A stretch of DNA of 47,048 bases from an uncultured Gammaproteobacteria bacterium (lineage in GTDB: Bacteria > Cyanobacteriota > Vampirovibrionia > LMEP-6097): assembly GCA_964410425.1 (NCBI GenBank), contig CAYPGT010000005.1, forward strand, positions 13,656-60,703, written 5' to 3'. Made by a program: the position numbers and the translations under genes. The notes beneath the pieces are model-generated. The model was not told where the DNA came from. It made no database searches and saw only the letters and a list, made by a program, of their open reading frames with translations. Shown here piece by piece: positions 26,600 to 36,273 of the stretch (position 1 is the stretch's first letter; each line of letters starts with the position of its first letter).

Positions 26600-29500
26600 T
26601 TATTTTGCAATCTCCACCTTAAGATAATCTTGCAGCGACTTAACTGTGATTTCTGTTTTCTGTACTGATTCTAAAGCTTTCACAGTAGCCTGTGAGCCTG
26701 ATACTGTCGTTATTACTGGAATATTACGAGCTTGAGCTATCTTGGTGATGACCTGGCTGTCTTCATTGGCTTCCTTACCCCAAGGTACGTTAAGTATAAG
26801 GCTAATCTCGTCGTTCTTTAGCAGGTCCGTAATATTGGGTCTACCTTCATTAACTTTATAAGTTTTCTCAATACTTAATCCATCAAGTTCAAGTAACTTA
26901 GCAGTACCACTGGTGGCCACTATCTTATAACCTAATTCGATCAAATCTTCTGCGATACCCACTGCAGAAGTCTTGTCCCTATCATTAAAACTTATAAACA
27001 CCTTACCCGATTTAGGAAGATTGAGTGAGGCTGCTATTTGTGCTTTAGCAAAGGCTTCTGGGAACTCATTGCTGATGCCCATTACTTCTCCAGTACTCTT
27101 CATTTCTGGACCTAAGAAAATACTGCTGCCATCAAATTTATTGAAGGAGAACACAGCTTCTTTTACAGAGACTTGGTTGCGTGGAATCCTTTCTACTAGT
27201 TTATCTACGCCAAGTTCTTGAATAGTTTTACCTACCATTATTAGTGAAGCTAATTTAGCCCATGATATACCAGTGGCTTTGGAAATAAATGGCACACTAC
27301 GACTGGCTCTAGGATTGACTTCTAGAATGTATAACTCTTCGTCTTTAACAGCAAATTGAATATTCATTAAGCCCTTAACTTTTAAGGCTTTGGCAAGACT
27401 ATAAGTAGCTTCTTCAATTTTTTGAATGATGTCTTTTGAGAGTGTTTGTGGAGGATAAGTACAAGCAGAGTCACCACTATGAATACCAGCATACTCAACG
27501 TGTTCCATAATTCCAGCTATTACTGTTTCTTTGGAATCAGAGATAGCATCTACATCTATTTCTATGGCGTTATCGAGAAACTTATCAATTAAGACTGGGA
27601 ATTGATCTTCTTCGAGTATAATGCGTAGAAGCCAGTCATCGACTTCTTTTTCACTATATACTACTTCCATGCCTCTGCCACCTAATACATAACTCGGTCT
27701 TAGAACTAGAGGGAAGCCAATTTCTTGACATTTAATTAGAGTCTCTTCTTTATTATTCGCGATAGCATTGTGAGTTTGTTTAAGCTTAAGGTTAGTGAGA
27801 AGTTTACCGAAGCTATCCCTGTCTTCAGCTAGATCTATCTGTTCCGGCTGAGTACCAATGATAGTAACACCTTCAGCCTCAAGTGCTTTGCATATATTTA
27901 GAGGAGTTTGTCCACCAAGCTGTACTATTACTCCCTTAAGATTAGCACCGAGAGATTTCTCTTTATTCCAGATGGAAAGCACATCTTCTACCGTTATAGG
28001 TTCGAAGTATAATTTATCACTTATGTCATAATCCGTAGAAACCGTTTCTGGATTGTTGTTGATCATGATGGTTTCATAGCCAGCAGCTCTTAATGCTTGA
28101 CTAGCATGAACGCAACAATAATCAAACTCTATGCCCTGTCCAATACGATTAGGTCCTCCACCGAGAATAAACACTTTCTTCTTGTTACTTGTCGTAATTT
28201 CATCTTCTTCATCATAGCTAGAATAATGATATGGAGTGAACGATTCAAACTCTCCAGCACAAGTATCTATGGTCTTATACACTGGTAAGACTTTAAGTTT
28301 AATTCTGAAATTCCGTATATCTTCTTCTCTAACTGTTGTGTAAACGTCTAGTAGTATGGCTAACTGCTTGTCAGAGAAGCCCATCGATTTAAGTTTTTTC
28401 ATTCTTTCTGCAGTGATTGAACGTCTTAAAGTTTCTTCCAGGTCCAAACTTTGACAGAGATTGTCTTTAATAACCCTGTAAAAATCTGCTTGTATTAATC
28501 TGCTTTCATTAACTATTTGGTGTAAGTGAGTCAGAAACCAAATATCAATCTTGCTATATTCATGAATTTCTTCAATACTTAGTCCTAGGTATAGTGCATC
28601 AAAAATTCTATAAACCCTTTGTGAACTAGGAATTGCGACTTCTCGTTTAAGCTTGTCTTTTAGTTTTTGTAATTCTTCAGCTTGAGGCTTCTCTTGGTAA
28701 ACAAGCTTGATGATGTCTTTGTTGATAAAACCAGTAGGACCTTTGCTTTCTAGTCCTCTGAGAGCCTTCTGGAAGCTTTCCTTGAAGCTTCTACCTACAG
28801 CCATAGTCTCGCCGACAGATTTCATTTGTGTGTTAAGCAGGTCTTTAGTTTCAGGAAACTTCTCAAAAGCGAACCTTGGTATTTTGGTTACGACATAATC
28901 TATGCTTGGCTCAAAACTAGCCATAGTCTTCTTCGTGATATCGTTAGGTATTTCATCAAGGGTATAACCTACGGCTAGTTTAGCTGCTATCTTGGCGATA
29001 GGGAAACCAGTAGCTTTAGAGGCAAGAGCACTAGATCTAGATACTCTTGGGTTCATCTCTATGATTAGGATTTCGCCATTCTCAGGATTAAGCGCAAACT
29101 GAATATTGCTACCACCTGTTTCTACACCTACAGCTCTGATAATCTTAATAGAAGCATCTCTTAGAGCTTGATATTCTTTATCTGAAATAGTTTGTGTCGG
29201 TGCAACAGTGATACTGTCTCCGGTGTGCACACCCATCGGATCAAAGTTTTCAATCGCGCAAATGATTACTACGTTATCTTTCAGATCACGCATTACCTCA
29301 AACTCTATTTCTTTCCAGCCCAAGACTGACTGCTCTACTAGTACCTGCCTGACAGGGCTTGCTGATAAACCTTTAACCAAAATACTATCTAATTCTTCAA
29401 CGTTATAAGCTATACCGCCACCATAACCTCCAAGAGTAAATGCTGGTCTGATGATCACAGGAAAACCAATCTCAGCAGCTATTACGTGACCTTCTTGTAC

Positions 29501-29953
29501 TGTTGTCGCTGTTTCTGATCGTGGACTCTTGAGACCAATACTATCCATTAAATTCTTAAACTTCTCTCTATCCTCAGCAACTTCTATTGCTGGTAGTTTT
29601 GCTCCAATTAGTTCGACATTATACTTTTCTAAAACTCCGCTCTTAGCGAGAGCTACAGCTGTGTTTAAGCTAGTTTGACCACCCATGGTGGGTAAAATAG
29701 CGTCAGGTCTTTCTTTCTCTATAATTTTCGCTACGTACTCAGGAGTGATGGGCTCTATATAAGTCTGATCAGCAAACTCTGGATCAGTCATTATAGTTGC
29801 AGGATTACTATTAACTAATACAACTTCAAAACCTTCCTCTTTAAGAGCTTTACAAGCTTGGGTTCCAGAATAGTCAAATTCACATGCTTGACCTATAATA
29901 ATTGGACCCGCACCGATGATAAGTATTTTGCGGATATCAGTTCTTTTTGGCAC
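26600..29953 (-). CDS. carB: Carbamoyl-phosphate synthase large subunit
   Basis: [49 protein letters not shown]-terminal MGS domain. Confidence 0.98.
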   Translation of the reverse strand: MPKRTDIRKILIIGAGPIIIGQACEFDYSGTQACKALKEEGFEVVLVNSNPATIMTDPEFADQTYIEPITPEYVAKIIEKERPDAILPTMGGQTSLNTAVALAKSGVLEKYNVELIGAKLPAIEVAEDREKFKNLMDSIGLKSPRSETATTVQEGHVIAAEIGFPVIIRPAFTLGGYGGGIAYNVEELDSILVKGLSASPVRQVLVEQSVLGWKEIEFEVMRDLKDNVVIICAIENFDPMGVHTGDSITVAPTQTISDKEYQALRDASIKIIRAVGVETGGSNIQFALNPENGEILIIEMNPRVSRSSALASKATGFPIAKIAAKLAVGYTLDEIPNDITKKTMASFEPSIDYVVTKIPRFAFEKFPETKDLLNTQMKSVGETMAVGRSFKESFQKALRGLESKGPTGFINKDIIKLVYQEKPQAEELQKLKDKLKREVAIPSSQRVYRIFDALYLGLSIEEIHEYSKIDIWFLTHLHQIVNESRLIQADFYRVIKDNLCQSLDLEETLRRSITAERMKKLKSMGFSDKQLAILLDVYTTVREEDIRNFRIKLKVLPVYKTIDTCAGEFESFTPYHYSSYDEEDEITTSNKKKVFILGGGPNRIGQGIEFDYCCVHASQALRAAGYETIMINNNPETVSTDYDISDKLYFEPITVEDVLSIWNKEKSLGANLKGVIVQLGGQTPLNICKALEAEGVTIIGTQPEQIDLAEDRDSFGKLLTNLKLKQTHNAIANNKEETLIKCQEIGFPLVLRPSYVLGGRGMEVVYSEKEVDDWLLRIILEEDQFPVLIDKFLDNAIEIDVDAISDSKETVIAGIMEHVEYAGIHSGDSACTYPPQTLSKDIIQKIEEATYSLAKALKVKGLMNIQFAVKDEELYILEVNPRASRSVPFISKATGISWAKLASLIMVGKTIQELGVDKLVERIPRNQVSVKEAVFSFNKFDGSSIFLGPEMKSTGEVMGISNEFPEAFAKAQIAASLNLPKSGKVFISFNDRDKTSAVGIAEDLIELGYKIVATSGTAKLLELDGLSIEKTYKVNEGRPNITDLLKNDEISLILNVPWGKEANEDSQVITKIAQARNIPVITTVSGSQATVKALESVQKTEITVKSLQDYLKVEIAK

Positions 29954-30045
29954 TAAACGATGATTCTAGCAGAATAATCAAGAAGCTAGAATAGTCAAAA
30001 CTTTAGGTTCAAAGAGTTTTAATTGTTTTACTTAGAAAAGGAAAT

Positions 30046-30177
30046 AAGCTTTCGCGTCTCATATAATTCCGATAAGCGTTTTGTAGGGAGACTAAGTCTC
30101 TGCGTATGTAATATTCTCAAATAGACTGTTCGCCTATACGAAGCAAGCCACTCTTTTTCATGGTGATCCGATAAGCG
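30046..30177. repeat. Degenerate tandem repeat, 99-bp period
   Basis: AAGC-N9-TCAT-N5-TCCGATAAGCG at 30046-30078 and 30145-30177, each followed by a small hairpin (GAGAC-TAA-GTCTC; ATAGC-ATGC-GCTAT). Confidence 0.7.
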
Positions 30178-30290
30178 AATAATAGCATGCGCTATCTTTG
30201 GCTTGACATATCGGGACTCTTACTTATAAACATGAAGATTAGATCAAATAAGCTCAATTCTTTCTGATTAGAGTTGAACACGAACATTGA

Positions 30291-30318
30291 CCTGAACATA
30301 AGCAAGGTTATACTCCAA
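30291..30318 (-). other. Putative dif site (XerC/XerD chromosome dimer resolution)
   Basis: Minus strand reads TTGGAGTATAA-CCTTGC-TTATGTTCAGG: 11-6-11 layout with ATAA/TTAT inner palindrome; right arm 8/11 to the E. coli XerD arm TTATGTTAAAT; located at the apparent strand-bias switch. Confidence 0.7.
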
Positions 30319-30635
30319 GTTAAGAAGCTGATCACTAATAAAAATACACTCTGACTGTCCATACTTATATACTAGCATACAGAAGTATGGGTGTCAAGTA
30401 TTTCCCACTTAAATTTATAAGATCATCTATATAGTCTAGGTACAGTTCAAGATACTCCATAGTTATCTTGAATTTAAGCCCTTTGTTTGCAAGGGTTTTG
30501 GCTTTAAGCTTGAAAATGTAGCAACTTATCTGAATAGAGTATGTGTGATTTTTGAGTTGAGCCTGAAAATTATGTTTTAAGAAGGTTTTTGTAATACGAA
30601 TCTATCTTGTAGTACAATTTACTGTTCGGTACTTT

Positions 30636-31718
30636 ATGCAATTAACACTTGCTGAACCTCTGATTAACAATGCCTCTCGAAACTTTGCTTTTGGAATAGA
30701 TCGAGTTGCTGATTTTCACAAAGATATTCCTGAATCACTTGTAGATCATGGGACACAGAAGCTGCTGGCTCGCGAAACCGCATCGAACTTAATTGAGTCG
30801 GGACTTGAGAGTATGGAAATGCCTGGAAAGAGTAATTTTGCGAGCTTTTCCGATAAGCGTATTGAAATCCAAAATTCAAGTTGGGGTAATTGGATGCGTC
30901 TAATACATGCTCTTGATAAATACGCTTGTTCGTCCAACATAATATTCAATGTTATAGGTGCGTTTGCTATGCTCACAAATATTCCACCATCACTAAAACA
31001 AAATATCAAAAAATTTGTAGGCTTAATTACAAATTTAAGCTATGTTCCTTATGGTATCAGTGGCATGAACCAAGGTATAGATAAAAAAAACCCTTTTCAA
31101 GCAATTGGATTTTTAGGAGAAGCGGTACTACCTTGGTTTGGAAACTTAAAAGACATCTACCTAATTAGGGGAATTTCAGCTGGTATAGACCAGATCTGGG
31201 AATATGCCGATAGAAACCTGCCACAGAAGTTTGCCAAGGGTTTCTTTCCAGATTACTTAACAGGTCTTAAAGAAACATCTAAAGCTTGCTATAAGCTCTT
31301 TACAGAGATACTTCAGGATCCACTTAAAACAATATTTCCTGTAAGACATGATAAAACAACTAATACATGGAAGTTTGAGTCTAAGGGGCACAATGGCTTA
31401 CTCAGTACCATATTTGATGTTACTGCATCTTGTGGCTATATGCTTACTGGCAAGGAAAGGCTATTTGGTCCAATGAGAGACCTGGCTTCATGGCTATTTG
31501 ATATAGAATTAGCCTTCCAAGATAAACTGGCTAAAAAAGCTTCAGGAATGCTTTTTATAATTGAAGGTCTACTTGACTTTGTTGCTCGATACCTCAATAC
31601 GAATCAAGATATGAGACTATTCGTCAATATGCTAGCTCACGCATCAGGAAGAAGTGCGTTAATGCTTTATAAGAATTCATGTGCTTCAGCACAAAAAATA
31701 GCTGATTCTGATAAGTAA
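30636..31718 (+). CDS. Hypothetical protein with several moderately hydrophobic helices, possibly membrane-associated
   Basis: 360-aa ORF; no recognised motif. Confidence 0.65.
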   Translation: MQLTLAEPLINNASRNFAFGIDRVADFHKDIPESLVDHGTQKLLARETASNLIESGLESMEMPGKSNFASFSDKRIEIQNSSWGNWMRLIHALDKYACSSNIIFNVIGAFAMLTNIPPSLKQNIKKFVGLITNLSYVPYGISGMNQGIDKKNPFQAIGFLGEAVLPWFGNLKDIYLIRGISAGIDQIWEYADRNLPQKFAKGFFPDYLTGLKETSKACYKLFTEILQDPLKTIFPVRHDKTTNTWKFESKGHNGLLSTIFDVTASCGYMLTGKERLFGPMRDLASWLFDIELAFQDKLAKKASGMLFIIEGLLDFVARYLNTNQDMRLFVNMLAHASGRSALMLYKNSCASAQKIADSDK

Positions 31719-31821
31719 ATCATAGTATGAAACCAACACCCCAGCAGGGATTTCATACCCATATTACAAGTCGCTTATCGGGGGTATTCTTTTGCTCTAA
31801 ATTTTATCAGGGGTATATTAT

Positions 31822-32310
31822 CTACTTTTCTGTATACTGCTGCAGCTTAAGAGGTTCCATATTAGATTCTTTAACTACTTTAGCATTAGTGTTAGCGTAA
31901 GCTTCAATGCGTTTTTTGTTTGACTGTCTAATATTGTGTTTGATATTACTAAATATTCCATCAGCTGAAACAGGTTTACCAATAAATCTATTACTAATAT
32001 TCTGAGATAGCGAATTCTCTTCGGCTGCGACTACAGCCTTATTCGTACTCATAAATAAATCGTTCTTATCCATTTTGCCCAGTTTCTCCTCGTCTTCCAA
32101 ATCATTAATTAGTGCTTCTAGCTCTTTAATAGAGCTAGAACTGTTCACAGCCTGGTTTGTAGTCAATATAGTTGTAATCTCTTTAACCGCATTAGTATTT
32201 TGGGGTTGAGGATTACACAACTTATCCAGCTGACTATATAAATCTTCAAGCTCATCGTCTTGGAACATATAAGCTATATAGGCTCCATAGACAAATTTAA
32301 TGCCAATCAA
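31822..32310 (-). CDS. Hypothetical protein
   Basis: 162-aa ORF; real start is probably MFQDD (about 32268). Confidence 0.55.
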   Translation of the reverse strand: MIGIKFVYGAYIAYMFQDDELEDLYSQLDKLCNPQPQNTNAVKEITTILTTNQAVNSSSSIKELEALINDLEDEEKLGKMDKNDLFMSTNKAVVAAEENSLSQNISNRFIGKPVSADGIFSNIKHNIRQSNKKRIEAYANTNAKVVKESNMEPLKLQQYTEK

Positions 32311-32367
32311 AGTAAGGATTATTAGCTTAATTTCGAATACATTAATCCATCAGCAAGACTAGGGGTT

Positions 32368-33024
32368 TTAGCTATAAAGTACTGAGTTTAAGAGATTAAA
32401 GAGATGTTTCATTTTCTCTAGGGATTTAATCCCTGGATTAGTCTCTAAACCAGAAGAGATATCTATCATGGCAGGTTTACATTTAAGTAGAGCTTCTTCT
32501 AGGTTCTCAGTGTTGATGCCACCTGCGAGTCCAAGATCAACCTTTGTCAACGACTTAGCTTTAACATAGAGATCCCAATCAAAACTTAGTCCTGTGCCAC
32601 CTAGTATTGCAGCATCAGTAATCTTAGTATCAAGAATAATCACATCAGCACAGTCTAAGTATTCTTCTATTTGATCCAGATCATCTTCCGTAGCGATGTT
32701 GATAGGTTTAAATATTTTGTAGCCAAGTAATCGCAAACGATGTAAGTCATTATTAGAGAGCGATCCATAGGGCTGAAGAATTTTAATACCTAGCCTAGAA
32801 CTGATGTTAATAACAGTATCAATTGAATTGATATCAGTAAGCAAAACTACTTTTTGTTTTTCAGCTTCATTAAATGACTTAAGTATGTCTTCAATTTCTT
32901 CCGTAGTTATAAATCTTGAAGATCTATTGATATTAATAAATCCAATAAAATCCGCACCTAAATTTAATGCGTTCTTCGCATCAATTAAGTTAGTGATTCC
33001 ACATATTTTTATTCTTGGTTTCAT
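32368..33024 (-). CDS. trpF: Phosphoribosylanthranilate isomerase
   Basis: IKICGIT, GADFIGF, GGTGLSFDW, LAGGI, DISSGLE..PGIK. Confidence 0.93.
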   Translation of the reverse strand: MKPRIKICGITNLIDAKNALNLGADFIGFININRSSRFITTEEIEDILKSFNEAEKQKVVLLTDINSIDTVINISSRLGIKILQPYGSLSNNDLHRLRLLGYKIFKPINIATEDDLDQIEEYLDCADVIILDTKITDAAILGGTGLSFDWDLYVKAKSLTKVDLGLAGGINTENLEEALLKCKPAMIDISSGLETNPGIKSLEKMKHLFNLLNSVLYS

Positions 33025-33518
33025 CTACACAACTCTAGTAGGCCTTCATCTAATTTGATCTTAATATGAGTTCCTATCTTAACATCTAGTATATAATCTT
33101 CCACAAAAGGCACGATTAAATCACCCTTCGCTGCAAATTTATCTATCAGCCTAATATAAATCAATTCCTGTCCCTGATTCGAGAAATCACTAACTATGCC
33201 GATTTCATTAGAGTTTTCATCCACAACATCCATACCCAATAAATCAGAAATATAATATTGTGAATCACCTAAATCTTCATTCAGTTCTGCTTTAATATAG
33301 CCAGAAAATCCTTCCACTGCATTACGACTATGATGATTCTTTAGCGTAACTAATACATTATTTTTATGCAGTCTAATGCCTGCTATCTCGTAATCTTTAT
33401 CGTCAATCTCAATTTTACCAAAATCATAAAACAAATCTAAGTCATCTACTAAAGGATAAATTTTAATCTCTCCCTTAATGCCATGAAAACCATTAATTTT
33501 GCCTACGACACGCTTCAT
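33021..33518 (-). CDS. rimM: 16S rRNA processing protein RimM
   Basis: VGKINGFHGIKGEIKI, YYISDLLGMDV, LIVPFV. Confidence 0.92.
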   Translation of the reverse strand: MKRVVGKINGFHGIKGEIKIYPLVDDLDLFYDFGKIEIDDKDYEIAGIRLHKNNVLVTLKNHHSRNAVEGFSGYIKAELNEDLGDSQYYISDLLGMDVVDENSNEIGIVSDFSNQGQELIYIRLIDKFAAKGDLIVPFVEDYILDVKIGTHIKIKLDEGLLELCR

Positions 33519-34768
33519 AGCAAGCCTGCTTCTGTTTCACCCAAATCAATATCACTATCTTGAATTGTTTCTAGGATACTATTACAAGCTTTAAGTAGCA
33601 TTGGATTAAGTTTACCATCAGCTCTAACTTTTAGTATCCTCTTATCCGTACTCTTAAACACATTTTCCTTCCATACTTTAATCATATAATCAATATTTTT
33701 AAGTTCACCATATATGAGATCTTCCATATTAGATTCTACAGGTATAGCCAATTCCATTGCGATGGGATCACCATTTAGACTGACTTTGAGTTGGTTAGCC
33801 TTCTCATGATATCCTAAAAATAAATGTATTTTATTGTAATTCAAAGTCTGAATTGACAGAGATGCAGACGAATCAAACTCTTCAATATCATAGTTAGAAT
33901 CATCTTCCTGTTTGTTTTGATTTTGTTCTTGTTTATTTTTTCGTTTCTCAATTCGACGTGTTTCTTTTTCGTCTTCATCAAACTCTTCATCAACATCCGC
34001 AAACTCAAACTGAAACGGTATCGGTAAAAAGAATTGCAATAGTGGTCTCAAGAAATTATTATTCTCAGATAAATTTATTTGAATAACGATTTCATTAAGT
34101 ATTTGCTTTAGCTGTGGTTCATCAGAGAATTCTCTAATTTTTGCCTGCAGTAATTTAATCAGTGAATTCTTGTCCAGGTCTGCTATATCAGCCTCCAAAC
34201 CCAAAAGCACTGCCAGACTATCAAAGCTACGCATCTCAGCAATACCATGACTAGCCAGTAACTTACGTGCATATTCGTTGATAAGATTAACGCTATCATT
34301 AGCTGACGATAAGGCTTCTTCTAACTTAGACATGTTATCAATACGATCATCAAAGACTGCCTGCAAGCGACCTGGCATATGTGGCTTAACACGACGCGGA
34401 TTAATCGCCCGACCCTTAGGAGCAAGCTGCACTCTAGTACCAGGTTCTGGCGGTGACTGCTTAGGTTTCTTAGCTGGAATTTTAGGTTTTTTGGGATTTT
34501 GTAATTTGGCTGCGAGAACAGGATTGCGCGCTAAAAGCTCTGATTCCTTCTTTAATAGAGTCTCTTGATCAACCTTCGCTACTTGGTGTTTAGCTTGTGC
34601 CTGTTGTGATTCACTCGGAGATTTATACACAGGATTAGCATCCATAGAATTAGACCTAGCAACAGCAGGAGCAACTTCACTACTAGGAACTTTAGCACTA
34701 TCCTTAGGCGTAAGGAATGGACTAGAGCTTGCTTTATTTCCTGGATCAATATTTCCTGAGTCGACCAT
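33515..34768 (-). CDS. Hypothetical protein: disordered P/S/K-rich N-terminus, acidic linker, compact C-terminal domain (possibly FliK/SctP-like)
   Basis: 417-aa ORF with a 4-nt overlap to rimM; the domain guess comes from sequence pattern only. Confidence 0.6.
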   Translation of the reverse strand: MVDSGNIDPGNKASSSPFLTPKDSAKVPSSEVAPAVARSNSMDANPVYKSPSESQQAQAKHQVAKVDQETLLKKESELLARNPVLAAKLQNPKKPKIPAKKPKQSPPEPGTRVQLAPKGRAINPRRVKPHMPGRLQAVFDDRIDNMSKLEEALSSANDSVNLINEYARKLLASHGIAEMRSFDSLAVLLGLEADIADLDKNSLIKLLQAKIREFSDEPQLKQILNEIVIQINLSENNNFLRPLLQFFLPIPFQFEFADVDEEFDEDEKETRRIEKRKNKQEQNQNKQEDDSNYDIEEFDSSASLSIQTLNYNKIHLFLGYHEKANQLKVSLNGDPIAMELAIPVESNMEDLIYGELKNIDYMIKVWKENVFKSTDKRILKVRADGKLNPMLLKACNSILETIQDSDIDLGETEAGLL

Positions 34769-34822
34769 AACTATAGTTATTATAAGTTAGTTTAAGCCTT
34801 TGTTAAACACAAAAACATAAAC

Positions 34823-34862
34823 CTTATATAGCACTTAACCATAGCTTAATCTCTATTTGTTC
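34823..34862 (+). promoter_or_regulatory. 11-bp-period direct repeats resembling an OmpR/PhoB-family box
   Basis: CTTATATA-GCA-CTTAACCA-TAG-CTTAATCT followed by TGTTC; same layout at 36204-36232. Confidence 0.5.
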
Positions 34863-34875
34863 TATTAAATACGTT

Positions 34876-35256
34876 ATGGTAGGGTCACTGTCTTCAACAA
34901 CTAGCCTTGGCCAGTTGAACACTATTAATTTTGGTAACAGTAATTCACTGTCATCAGGAATCCTACGCGATCCATCCCAACAACAGTATTTTAGCAATGG
35001 GCAGTTTGGCAACTTAAATTACACGCCTGGCTTCGGTACCGGTACCAGTGGCATTAGTCCATTACTTTTACTGTTCTCAGTATTACCAATGTTATTGTCT
35101 GTGATGGTACCCTTGCTGCAATCCATGTTCAGTTCTGGTTCCGGTCAAAACCAGTCTAATTGCAATACTTGTGGACAAAACAATAAGAGTAATAACAGCA
35201 GCAATAATATTAACTGCCAGAACAACAGTACTAATAATATAAATTTTCTAAATTAA
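34876..35256 (+). CDS. Low-complexity S/N/G-rich protein with one hydrophobic helix
   Basis: PLLLLFSVLPMLLSVMVPLL segment; Asn-rich tail. Confidence 0.65.
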   Translation: MVGSLSSTTSLGQLNTINFGNSNSLSSGILRDPSQQQYFSNGQFGNLNYTPGFGTGTSGISPLLLLFSVLPMLLSVMVPLLQSMFSSGSGQNQSNCNTCGQNNKSNNSSNNINCQNNSTNNINFLN

Positions 35257-35273
35257 GTAAGGAACCAAATTAA

Positions 35274-36185
35274 GTGAACACAACACCAGCAATAACACCA
35301 ACATCAGGTCAAGCAGCTAATGCTAAAGCAACAGCGAAAATATCAGGCTCAGACGTAAGTAATGGCGTTGTACTTAAAGACTTAAACGGTAATCCCATTG
35401 TGAGCGCAGGTAGGGCAAGTGCTATTGATCCACATAGCTCACCTGTGTTTACTGGTACTGGTAGCTTAGTAAGACAAAAGATAGGTAACACAGTAGCAGG
35501 AGTCCTAAACAGAGTACCAAACGTAGGTGGAGTAACAGACGCAGCTGCAGCTCGCGGCACAACAGGCTCTGAAGTAGATGGTAGAGGTGTAACATCTACT
35601 ATAGAGCAATTAAGTTTTGGTGGCACTGGTAATACATGGGGAAATAATAACGCTAATTCAGCAGCCTTTGCACAACTATCAACGATGGCTCCCTTACTAT
35701 CTTCAGGTATAGGCGCAGGTGCAGGCATGATGAGTGCATTGGGGGGACTAGGAAACATAGGTTTCGGTAGTGGTGGTGCACAAGGCAGTGGAGGAACTGG
35801 AAGCGGCAGTGGCAGCAATAATAGTAGTAATGGTAGTGGAGGCAGCCCAGGAGTTAGACCACCAGATCCTAGCACCAATCCAAATACTCAACAAGCTAAT
35901 GGAAATGATAATGCACTTGATGCTTCAGCTAAGGCAGCTAATCAGCGTGATCTGTTATTAGAAAATTACAAAGATAAAGACTCTCTGAAAGAAAGGTTTG
36001 ACAAAATAGATGATAAAGATGGTAAGAAAACTGAAGCATGGAATCAGTTCTCCGCTGTTATGGATAAGGAAGATTCCAGCAAATCAGATAAAGAGAAAGC
36101 AGCTGAAACATTTATTAAAGCAATTGAACCTGAAGATGTTAAAACCATACTTAAAAAAGATAAAGAAGAAAGTACGACTAGCTAA
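35274..36185 (+). CDS. Gly/Ser/Thr-rich protein with hydrophobic Gly-rich segment and charged C-terminus
   Basis: GTG start after TAAGGA; MAPLLSSGIGAGAGMMSALGGLG segment. Confidence 0.7.
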   Translation: MNTTPAITPTSGQAANAKATAKISGSDVSNGVVLKDLNGNPIVSAGRASAIDPHSSPVFTGTGSLVRQKIGNTVAGVLNRVPNVGGVTDAAAARGTTGSEVDGRGVTSTIEQLSFGGTGNTWGNNNANSAAFAQLSTMAPLLSSGIGAGAGMMSALGGLGNIGFGSGGAQGSGGTGSGSGSNNSSNGSGGSPGVRPPDPSTNPNTQQANGNDNALDASAKAANQRDLLLENYKDKDSLKERFDKIDDKDGKKTEAWNQFSAVMDKEDSSKSDKEKAAETFIKAIEPEDVKTILKKDKEESTTS

Positions 36186-36203
36186 TTAAATTATTTTTAA
36201 TTT

Positions 36204-36232
36204 CATAACCCAAACTTAACTTAAATATGTTC
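36204..36232 (+). promoter_or_regulatory. Second copy of the shared upstream box
   Basis: CATAACCC-AAA-CTTAACTT...TGTTC, with the same TAACC-N4-CTTAA-N8-TGTTC spacing as 34836-34862. Confidence 0.5.
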
Positions 36233-36273
36233 CTATCTCTATGGGTGGGAAAGGAATTAAGGAAAGCTAGTCT

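Noticed and set aside
26973-29408. Short ORFs antisense to or nested in carB (and similar 60-97 aa ORFs inside ilvB, fic, rpoD, gltX, argH and others)
   Set aside because: They fully overlap well-supported genes and show no motifs or initiation signals.
30065-30092. TCCGATAA copies as complete dif sites
   Set aside because: They lack a TTATG-type second arm after 6 bp; only 30291-30318 has both arms.
30046-30216. CRISPR array
   Set aside because: Only two degenerate units with an 11-bp core and 99-bp period; no cas genes in the window.
30085-30440. Group I intron, RNase P RNA, tmRNA or SRP RNA in the large intergenic region
   Set aside because: GCAGAGACT and ATAGTC-like words are present but in the wrong order or strand; no GAGGAAAGTCC, tRNA-like ends or SRP loop were found.
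35309-35878. 189-aa Pro/Leu-rich minus-strand ORF
   Set aside because: Antisense shadow of the Gly/Ser-rich + gene, which has an SD and fits the cluster.
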